DNA of 57,640 nucleotides from Nemertoderma westbladi. Taxonomy: Eukaryota; Animalia; Xenacoelomorpha. Below the pieces are notes generated by a model. That model searched no databases, had not been told where the DNA came from, and saw only the letters and a program-made list of their open reading frames with translations. The stretch lies in the NCBI GenBank assembly GCA_032718475.1, contig JAUCBJ010005654.1, positions 1 through 57,640 on the forward strand. Reading direction: 5' to 3'. The position numbers and the translations under genes were made by a program. Below, piece after piece: positions 12,276-23,000 of this stretch; position 1 is the first letter of the stretch, and every line of letters begins with the position of its first letter.

Positions 12276-15269
12276 GGCGATGGGAACCGAGAGAAAGCCG
12301 CCCCAATATTAGATTAAAACAACAACATTTCCATTGGGTAAGAAAGTGGAGGAGAGCCAGGCCCGACTCTTAATTTTTTACTTTATATTATGCGCTCAAT
12401 TTTCACTCATCTCGTCATGAACACAACATGTATGTAAACTTTTTATAAATTTGTTGGCTATGCGTTTGCGGCTGTTTGGGCGGGGTGTGGTAGGCCTACA
12501 CTTTTCACACTGAAACATTTTGGTTGTGAAATGTTCAGGGCACAGCGATCAGAGATATTTCATATACATTTTATTATGAGAGGAAGAAGAACATACAACG
12601 TTATTTACTATATTATATGTAACGAAATAATTGTTTTCTGGTTTGGAAGCCTCCCCAAATAGTTGATATACGATTATATTTAAAATTATTTCCATGGTCA
12701 TGGTCATTCACCCGTCTTTAATTAGAAATTTGTTTGCATGAAAGACAGTTTAGTTTGGTTTTTACTGATTTATTATCTCTTATCTGACTGGGGTAGTAAA
12801 TAATAATAAAGGATAGGATAAATGGAAGCAAAGTGTGACAGTAACAAATATTTCCCCGTCACCCTAGCATGTCTTAAGTATATGATATATCAAAGGGGGA
12901 AGTTTGGATTCACTGCATAAATGCAGTTCACCAAACTTCTCCCGAATGCACACTGTAACTTCCCCCTTCCCCCAAATATCCACTGTTGAATTAATTTGAA
13001 GCAATATAATAAGTACAAAATTGTGCGAGTTTTTTATTGTGTGGTCCATTTGTTAATTGATCTCTATTTATTGTTTAAAGTGCATTTAATATCACACTGG
13101 TTTTTTAGAATATTACAACCTTATGTTTTATTTATTAACCCAATCGAAGCCTTAATAAGGGCCGGTTATTTGTACACTTATCCCTAATGCGCTCAGTATG
13201 AGCCAAACAACATATTAATATGAAAACAAAGTATCTGCAAAGAAAAGAACCCAATGCTATATAATTTGACCTTATTAAAAAATTTGCACTTTTGCACATT
13301 ATTTGTACAAGTGCACTTTAGCAGATCGTAATGGTGGTTCTTATTTAACAAACTTATGTTTATCCTCTACCGATCTACGATGGTGTATGATCAAGTGTCA
13401 GTCACTAAAAGTGTAAAAAATCCAATTTAATAAATCGCGACATTTGCGATTTTGGACCATATTCATGGGCATTTTAAATCACTTTATATACATAAAAAGT
13501 TAAACAAATGTTACGATTATAGTTAGAAATCACTCCAAACTACATTTTAATCCAAAAAATAACATTCTACGATGAATAGAACTGGAAATAATAGTGTTTA
13601 AAATATCGAAAAAATGTGTACTTTTTAAGTGCATTATGCACTAAGTGCACATGCGTCTTTTCCCAAGTTGTACCCTATTTCACACACTACAATCTATCCT
13701 CTATCCAATGAAAAAAGTTTCAGATCAAACGGTCCTGTAGAACAGAAGTTATTGATGTTTAAAAATAATCACTCGAAAATTTCGAATTCTCTTGGTCACG
13801 TAGTCTAGTGGTTATCAATCACGTTAACGATACCTAAGTTCGTGGGTTCGAAACCCGATATTGATCATTCTTAATTTTTTGCAAAAAAAATATTTTTAAT
13901 TTTTGACTAAATTCGCTCTAACTTCGGTTCTGGTGCTCCAAATTCAATAAAATTGGTATATTCTTTGCCGTAATTTTTTTTTCTATCTTTTGAGAGGGGG
14001 TATTTTTGGCCCCAAAAAAAAATGAAAAAAAAGGGCCAAAATTACACGATATTTTTCGACCCTTAAAACTCGTTATTTTAATTATTAATGTTAAGAAAAA
14101 AGATAGTGGAGTTAATTTGCTACATTTTACAGGAACTTTTGTCGCAAAAAGTTAAATTATAATGTAATGGCGATTTATTAAAAAAAAAATTTTTCGTCCC
14201 TTTTTTATAAGTAGTATATTTCACACGATCGTCTGCCGCTCCAGTTATATAATAGCTATGGCGCTGTAACTACCGTTGAAAGATAGATAATTTGACGCTC
14301 TATAAGACTGTTTAAATAAGTCTCCCAGACCTTATGTATTTTTCGAGCTGGACGAGTTCCCGCGAAGCGAGTTTGAAGCGTGAAATTTTAATTTGGACCC
14401 TCATTTTTTTAATATCATCCTTGGAGCAAAACCGATAGCATATTTGAATTCCCCGTACTGTATAGAATGTACCTTAACCAACTAAAGTTAAAAATAAAAA
14501 ATTATTCGATAAAAACAACTTTACAAATTCTGGCCCTTTTTGGCCCCTATTGCCGACATATTTTTTGTACCCCCATTCGATAGGAACGTAGCCCCAATGG
14601 TCTTCTACGAGTTTCATAAAAGAATTAGTGGATTCCTACCCCCGTTGTCGAATTAAACATTTCGGAAATAAGTTTTCCAAAAAAGACGGACAAAAACGTA
14701 CAAATTTACAGCCCCTTTTTCCACCCGAAATTTTAATAAATATCTTACCCCCATTCGATACGAAGGTAGTACCACTCTTCCCCTTTCCAACCGCGTTACT
14801 TTCGTCCCCGTACGATTAATATTAGCCGAGTTATAGCGGATCCCGCAAAGTCATTTTGTCCGTTTTTTCAACTTTGACGGACATTTTCGGAAAAAAGGCG
14901 TGGTAATCTTTTTTGAAAAAAAAAACGAATTCACTAATTAATCCCTTCTATCGTATCCCGGCGCCGGCTAAGCAATAACCTAGGGTTTTTTCGAGCCACT
15001 GTAGAGCGCCTTTCAAAAAAATTTTAAAATTGTCGAAAAAATGACGGTTTTTTGTCCGCCGTGTCCGTCGAAGGGTTAGATTTATTAATGTTAGAGTTGC
15101 TAATATCTTAGAATTCCGAGCCGCTCCCCTGGTGAGAAAATAAAAAAATTTGGTCAGTTCCTTCATCGAAAAGTCCCCCAGAATCCCAAGTTAACCTATA
15201 TAGTTAGCGATGGCCTGCGGCTTTAGGAGCGGCCGCGGTATTCACCTCCCTCATAGCGGCCGCGGCGGT
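12276..15269. mobile_element. 3.0-kb non-coding insertion without TIRs, flanked by GTTG direct repeats (family unresolved)
   Basis: GTTG at 12272-12275 and 15270-15273; removing the insert plus one GTTG restores in-frame ISPFDAT-IKVKL; GC-rich ends with short inverted aaagccgc/gcggcttt and two gcggccgc palindromes. Confidence 0.8.
13794..13860 (+). pseudogene. tRNA-derived fragment inside the 3-kb insertion
   Basis: A-box-like tagtctagtgg and B-box ggttcgaaacc at tRNA-like spacing; no proper cloverleaf. Confidence 0.45.
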
Positions 15270-16648
15270 GTTGCGTCAAATGGAGAAATATTTATCCCAC
15301 CAAGCAACCAAACTAACATATCTCTGTTATGAAGAATAATACCTTCATGCTCGATCTGTCCTGCATCCAATAATAAAAATACGTTTCCTGCCCAGAATAT
15401 GATATCATCCTGATGGTCAAATCCGTTTGATCCTCGCTCTAGACGATTTAGAAATACTGCATTGTCCCAGATATAAGCTAGTTTGACTTCGGGTGTACAA
15501 GATAAGACCTTATAAAGAAGACTCCTGTCGAAGTAGGTTGGAAGTAATTCAATAAGGGCACATTTCAGTGAGTCGATAGCAGCCTTATTAACCAACAATA
15601 TCGATTTCAAAACTAGCTCCGCAAACTTTCTCCTTGTTCCTGTAGTGTCAGTAACACTGTTAGAGATTAGTATTCCGAGATCAGAGCACCTGTACTGCAA
15701 TTCCTCGGTTACTTCACCTTTCAACAAATTTTGTATTTCCCGGGGCACCATCTTGACAATCTCAAGAAATTCTAAACAAGTACTGTCTGTGTTAAATGCT
15801 ATATAGCGGCTTACCAATGGATGAACAACTCCAATAAGTTGGTCACCATGCCTTATTATTAAATAAAAAAGTTTACCGAGAACAGTAAACGAACCATTAG
15901 CTACATTCGATATATCTGCGGCAGATGGTACAATATGGTCTTCAATTACCAGAAACATAGAGGACGTTACTACATTGCTGATAAACGATCCAAAAAGATC
16001 ACGCCGCAATCCGCCTTGGTCACATCCTGGCTCCCCTGAAAATGTTACCAAAATCCCTTGGGTTGGATCTAACTTTGGGACGGCCTTTAGCAAATCTTGA
16101 ACTAACACCCGCCTCCGTATTCGAACTTTCTGAAAGTCGTCAGGATCAGTAAACACGTCCAAAGTGTCATCATAGATGTAGCTAAATTGAATAGCCGAAA
16201 TATTATCCAATTCCTGATTACTTAGACGCGATAGACTTAAGTCAGCCCAAAACTCGCGGGAACAGTCATTAGCATTAGCAAGTTCTGCTGGTGCTGCAGG
16301 TACATTGGCATTTTCGTCCTCACTATCCGAAATTACAAATACATCATCGGACGTGTTATTAAGAACTGTACTACTAGAATTTAGAGCTGCTCTATCCCTT
16401 AAGACAACATTCAAAGGTACAGGAGCAGCATCAGACTCAAAGACACATTCTGGATCACCGTCCGAATCTTGGTGATTTGAATCATCTGTTCGATTTTCCA
16501 TTGTTGGAATTTGTACATAAATGTTTCTGGAACCTGGGTAAAGGCTACTTAAAACTTTCCCATCAAATTTAAAATCATTTTCTACGGATATCGGTTGAAC
16601 AATCTTGCTAACGACCTTAACAAATTTGAAATTTGCATTACATGCTGG
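15270..16648 (-). pseudogene. HECT E3 ligase gene, segment 2 (acidic linker and HECT N-lobe, G2E3-like)
   Basis: VRIRRRVLVQDLL..ILVTFSGEPGCDQGGLRRDLF..F..LGKL: HECT start motif (V.F.GE.G.D.GG.RR.F); frame open from the LTR junction to the GTTG junction. Confidence 0.88.
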
Positions 16649-16653
16649 ATACG

Positions 16654-17867
16654 TGTAAAAGCTTTTGTGGGATAACTGATTCGTTTGCCTTGTTGGCCAG
16701 TTCCCCCCCAGTCGCTAAGAATACTCTCAAAGTGATCTATAACTAAAAATAGTGCAAGTTACCAGCTTATTGGCTGATTTGCTGTACGCAGGCATCTGGG
16801 CTCTGTTTAATCGGCCAACAAGCCTAGGGAGGTTGCGTCATAGCCTTGTTTTGTATCTCCCAATAGAATTTGAGTTATCCTTGATTTTGACCTATCACAG
16901 AGTACTGAACTGAAAATTTCCTATCTCACTGCTCTTTCTCTGTGTTGAACGGGAGCTTCGTGGAATAAGGGAGTTGGTATCCTCGTATAGAGCAGTAGTC
17001 ACGAGTTTTTCAAAGCCACGAAAGAACGGCTTTTTAGTGTTTTGTGCTTTCTGCTTTTTAGCTCAACACTAGTAGGTTTAATTACAAGGACATATATCCT
17101 TTAGCTGACGAAACAAACACTCTGCAATTTCGTAATCACTGCATACTGCAGTACTGCATACACTGCATACTGTGTAATACTGTGCATACTTTTATATTGT
17201 TATACTGCTATTTACTGTCAGTTCTTCATAATATGGTTGATGAATTATTATATTTGGAATAACGAGAAATAACCCCGAAACCCAATATTCTTGATATACC
17301 GAAGGTAAGAGAGAAAGGTTACAGATAAACGATTGTGACTTATGTTAAAGTGGTTTGAAGTGAATCTAATGTTATTTGATAGACCCTACATGAGTCAGTC
17401 TGTGTTCCTTTTATATGTGACTAAAATCAGTGAAGATCGGCAGATTAGTGTGCAGTATTGTGCAGCATTGTGTATGAGTGAGTCTGTTAAAGAAGCATTC
17501 CTAAAGAATGCGCCATATATGTGAATTATAATTAAGCCATATCGTTGTGAGTAGTTTAAGTCATAACTCTGTTTATGTAGATAAAGCGCCACGTCCTAAA
17601 GGAACTGTTAATATTCCCGAAGGTAAATAATATTGTCAGAGATTATATAATACTGTCAGTCGAATAATACATTAGGCTTACATAGCAACAAAATTAAACC
17701 GTCGAACCCAATCTCCCGGGAATATCCAGCGGGTGAATGGTCGCGCACGGATTGGTTTCGACTAGTGTAGTGAATCAAATACTTGTCATAGGCTAAAAAG
17801 CGATTTAATATCTAGAAGACATCTTAATTTGGCGGGTTAAACTGCCAAAGGTCTGAAAGCGCGAACA
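16654..17867 (+). repeat. 5' LTR
   Basis: tgtaaaagct..gcgcgaaca; I see only two differences from the 3' LTR (one T/C, one 1-bp indel). Confidence 0.96.
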
Positions 17868-18164
17868 TTAAAGGATATAGCTTCTTTGTTGCAGTAAGCA
17901 ATAAAGTTGAAAGTATCGGTCAACCGGTAAACCTGAACCGGTACTTCTGTAGGTCGATAGGCCTAGCTGTCCCAACCGGTACTTCAGTATAAGTACACTA
18001 GTATTATTCGATTTGATTGTTGCATACCGGTAGGCTGTTTAAGGGATTAGGGATTGATCACCCCTTATACCTTTATATGGTTTACTTATCTCTGTCAAGT
18101 TTTATTTATTTGTAGGCCAGTATTGAACAGAAGGCGTGTAAACCTGATCAGATTGTACAGACGA

Positions 18165-18740
18165 TTTGTAGGCTGAGCTGTTGTCTGATTGCTGTTAAGT
18201 CCGAACGAATTGCAGTGTGTGTAGATCACCTGTCCGATTAAGTACGATTAGGCAGTAGGGGCAGCGAACGCTGTAAGGTAAACCCCCAACTAAAGAATAA
18301 GTCGCACTACTGGGTTAGAGCGCATACTCCCTAATCATTTCGGAGTCTGCATGTCCTGCGGTTTATTTAGGCTTGAGAGTAGTCTGCCATCGTTTAGTCT
18401 GTACTTTGTTTGTGTAAGTCTGTACGGGTAGCGTATAATTTTATTTAGATAATTTGTAGGCTGGATAGTTGTCTGGCTGTTATTAGGTCTGAACGGATTG
18501 CCGCGTGTGTAGATCATCTGTCCGATTAAGTACGGTTAGGCAGTAGGGGCAGCGAACGCTGTAAGGTAAACCCCCAACTAAAGAATAAGTCGCACTACTG
18601 GGTTAGAGCGCATACTCCCTAATCATTTCGGAGTCTGCATATACCGTAGTTTGTTTAGGCTTGATAGTAGTCTGTCAGTGTTCGGTCTGTATTTTGTTTG
18701 AGTAGTTTGTACGCGTAGCGTAATATTTATTATTCAGAGT
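18165..18740 (+). repeat. 288-bp tandem duplication in the 5' leader of the LTR element
   Basis: Identical 105-nt cores at 18248-18352 and 18536-18640 with diverged flanks. Confidence 0.9.
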
Positions 18741-20056
18741 TTATGCGATTATCCGCAACATTCATTCCCCAAGTTTGTTCCTACAGTAATTGTGTTTGTT
18801 ATACATACCGCTATAGTTAAATTAACCCCGGTACTACACGGGCTGCTCAGCGTAGGTAAAGACTGGTGATTTTGTGCATCGGTCACTCCAGCAGATGCCG
18901 TGGTTCTTTTAGCTGTTCAAGTATATTTAACTACTGATTATCTGTTGTACAAGTACTCGTACCTAATTTAGGGTTTAGTGTACAGTACTTTCCGAAGTAA
19001 TTATTGTAGACATTATATCTGTGTTGTAAAGTGGTTGATAGGCACATTCGATTAGCTCTATTAACTTCTAGGTAGGAACACTCCGTGATACATAACGTAG
19101 AACCTATAGCGATACGGCTATAGGTCGTCAGGCGGTGGTATTTTTTCTATCTGGACAACGCAGTGTATTTACTACTACTTATTATTTCAAATACCGTAGT
19201 ACCCTGTCCGCTGTAATAATCAGTTTTCTAACCCTTTGTTAGGCTGGTTTGTAGACTTCTTGTAAAGTTACCCTAAAAATTCGTATTTTGTGTTTTTTGT
19301 AAATTTTTGTGTTTATTTAGAGATTGTAATCTCAACCCGAATTGTACGTAATTTGTAGTATAAGTAACTTAGGTAAATTAGTAATATTTGTTTTAGTGTC
19401 CTATAAGTAACACTTCACTGAAAGCGCACCGCTTTGTGTAGTGATTACTCCCCAGAAATAATAACATTTATTTCAAACATTGACAAAACCCATTAAAACG
19501 GGTATATATATATTATAAATCAAATCTAAAGATTTATAAATAGTAGGCCTACCATACAACCATTAGGTCTTAATATCAGTTGGATTACTGCTTAAATAAC
19601 GGTAATAAAGTAAGTTAAAGTAACCAAGTAACCCTAAAGTAACAGAAATTCAATTATTTGAAACAATTGATATACCGGTATTTACGATAGGCCTATTATC
19701 TTTATTTCTATAAATCTAGGCTGAAATTATACCGGTACTTGTAATTAATTCTATTTCAGAATTATATATACTATAAACTGTAAGCTGTATACCGGTATTC
19801 CGATAGGCCTATTATATATTTATATATATTTTGTGCTAAAATTATACCGGTATTCGGAGATAAACCTAGTCTGTAATAATACTTATATAGTTATATATAC
19901 TATAAGTATACCGGTATTTTAATATATTATATATATATCACGCTACACTGAGTAGCAGTAACGGTAATTAATTACTAGGCTAGCAGTTCATACTGAGTTA
20001 CTAGACTTGCTTAGACTGTAATATAGCAGTAGGCATTCAACTGCACATACCTAGTC

Positions 20057-23000
20057 ATGTCTGATACTAAGCAGAATCTGTCAGACAGTTTATTAGATGT
20101 AACTATCTGCGACTCAGATAGAGAAGTACAACAGTCTGGTCGTAAATCCAGTTCACCTCCCACTGTGAGGAAGGTCATCCCTCCAGTAGTAATAACAGAA
20201 CCTAGGCTGGTCCAACATCGTAGGTCTATCATAGGCACTCGAGCTCAGGTCAAGCGGGACCAAAAGGCAGCGGAACAGCAACAACCCACTAGTCAAGAAC
20301 TTATTCCTCAGCGGCCCAGCAGCTCCAGTAGTGAGGATACTGTAGAGCTGACACCCGAGAGCGGAGCAGAGATGACGGATGCGGTTTATACGGATCCCCT
20401 TCTCATCCTTCCTGCAGCCGTGCTTGCTGGGTTATTGATCGCGGTGGAAGAACACCAGATCGATTGGGCGAGAAGTCAACGGTCAACTAGAGATAGTTAT
20501 GCGGGATACACTAGTGAAGAACTGAAGTCTATTGTCGAGTCGCAATGGAACTTCCCCGGACCCGGACTCCCGTTTGATTTATCAGAAGCTGCCTGGGAAG
20601 ACATACACCGGATGGGAGTAGCCAAGGAAACCATCGATCCAGCTGTATGGAAGAGGTCCGCAGCCGGATACGCACAGGGATTCTTCAGCTCTATGGAGCG
20701 AGTAGAGAGACAACTGTTGCAACAATCTCAAGGACCTCAAGAGCAGGGATCGCTGCTTTATCAAGTTAGAGAAAGAGTTCTGCGGATTAGGCTAATCTTA
20801 TCCGCCTTTGAGGAGGCTTCTAAAAGAAAACAAGACACGTCGTTGCAAGTTGCCGTAAAGACTTGGTTTCAAAGAGTGAATCTCCAGGTTCGAGGAACTG
20901 CTCAGTGGAAAGCTCAGCTAGAGGAGCGATCAACCCATGGAGAATCAACAGACGCTACTTTTTCCCAAGTGGAAAGTGAAGCGACGGCAGAGAAACCGCA
21001 TAAGAGGGATGCCATTGACATCTATCTGTCAGACTATCAGCGTTTTGTAGGTGATGAAGAGTTGCGGAGAAGACTAGATGGGCTTAGCCCTAATAGTGAA
21101 GGAGCCCAGCGTGTGTTGGATGCAATTGATGTGGATAGGTTAGCGGCGAACCAAGCTAAATTCGATGAACAACTCCGCATCGCTAGAGACCGAGAAGAAC
21201 AAGTAAAGAAAAAACGTATAGAAGACAGAAAGAAAGCAGCAGTAGTAGCTGCAGAAGCAGAAAGAAAGGCGGCAGCGGCCAAGGCAAAAGCGGCAGAGGC
21301 AGTGGCAGAGGCAGCGGCAGAGGCAAAAGCGGCAGAGGCAGTGGCAGAGGCAGCGGCAGAGGCAAAAGTGGCAGAAGCAGAAAGGAAAGCGGCTGACGAA
21401 ACCACCCAATTAGAATTGGAAAACATTCAGGAGAATCAAGACTGCATAAATAAACAGTTAGCAGCTAGTAATATGCAGATGATGAATCGATCTACTCCCA
21501 AAAGACAGGGATATACATCATCTGAGGAAGGCGATACCACAGACACTGAAGGCGGAAGAAATCGATCTCGTCTAAGCAGACGTAAAAGAACATTCCACCG
21601 TCAGAAATTGCCTGATTTGCCTCCAGCTGTTAGAAGGCAACTAAATAACACCAACTTAGGTAGTACAGAGCCCACAGACCAAATAATTAAAATAGAAAGA
21701 CTCCCTACTATAGTAGATGAGCCTGAAATAATTAGGCCTGTTCTTGAAATCACCCCTTCGGTGATAGACATACCTGTGCTCCCTGAGACTACCTCTAAAT
21801 TCCCTTTGTATAGCACTAAGCTACCTGTGCCCCGTAGAACTGCCCCGGATACAGTTCAGGTCCTGGACCCCGAGCGAATTATTCATAATTTGTCGCCCGT
21901 TGTCCCTCGTCCGCCCGCTACAACGTTGGCGACTCCCGCTTCGGCGGTCGAATGGGTGGACGAGAGACGGCGGGGGATGGATATCCTGCTCGGGCAGATG
22001 CAGGAGACTGTCCAGCAGTTCAAGGGCACAGTAAGGGAAAGTAGACTAGAGTTGCAAGAAGTGCAGCAAAGTATCGCGTTAGAACGCGATAAATTAGTAA
22101 ATACTCAAAGAGGTATACCACCACCCTCTGTAACAATGTGTCAACCTGTTAGGTCTGAAGTATCTCATGCGCAAGGTGTGGAGCCTACACGCATATATAC
22201 TGCTAGCGAAGTAGAAACTCCTATAGTGAACCCTATTAAGGGTAATTATAGACCTGTTGATAATGATATTCCCTATAGAACTGATCATAATCCGAGAAAT
22301 TTATATACCGATAATTCGATATTAAATAACACGATGGCCCAAGAAAGTTTTACGCGTCAAATGGCTAGAACCGAAGCCCGGCAAGCGGTAAAGGTGGGAG
22401 AGATCGTCAAGTTCAATGGAGATGAGATGAAATGGTTACCTTTTAATGAATATTACAAAGATAACATACAGAACTCTGTACTATCTAATGGAGAAAAACT
22501 TAGATACCTCATCGAGTGCTTGGAAGGATCTCCCAAGTTAATGGCGTTAAGGTTTATTGGACATCCAGACGGATTAAGACAAGTTTGGGATACACTAAAC
22601 ATCAGGTATGGTAATAGGAATAACATAGCTGGGTATTTGTATGCAAAGTTGGTAGCGCCCCGAAAGTTTATTAGCAGCGGGATTATAGAGTTTTCCGATG
22701 AAATTCAGGAGATCTGCAGACAATTAGATTGGCTAGGTAAGTCTCATGAGTATCAGAGTGCTATGGTTATTAGAGCAGTGGCTTCTACTTTACCGAAGGG
22801 TGGAGTAGGTACACGCTGGGATAAGAAAGTGTTATATATGATGGAACAACAACGACGAGACCCTACCATGGCTGATCTCATGTCATTCTTAGATGGAGAA
22901 GTGAAATTACAGCTCCTAAGGCAGTCCAGAGAGAAGACATTGGAAAACAAGGTAAGTGAGAAACCCGTTTCTAGGAGAAGGGTAACACCAGTATGTTATA

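Noticed and set aside
17342-17592. Short ORFs in the LTRs (also 28924-29174)
   Set aside because: 60-65 aa, no motifs; duplicated only because the LTRs are.
21037-21426. Antisense low-complexity ORFs
   Set aside because: Shadows of the Gag Ala/Glu/Lys repeat.
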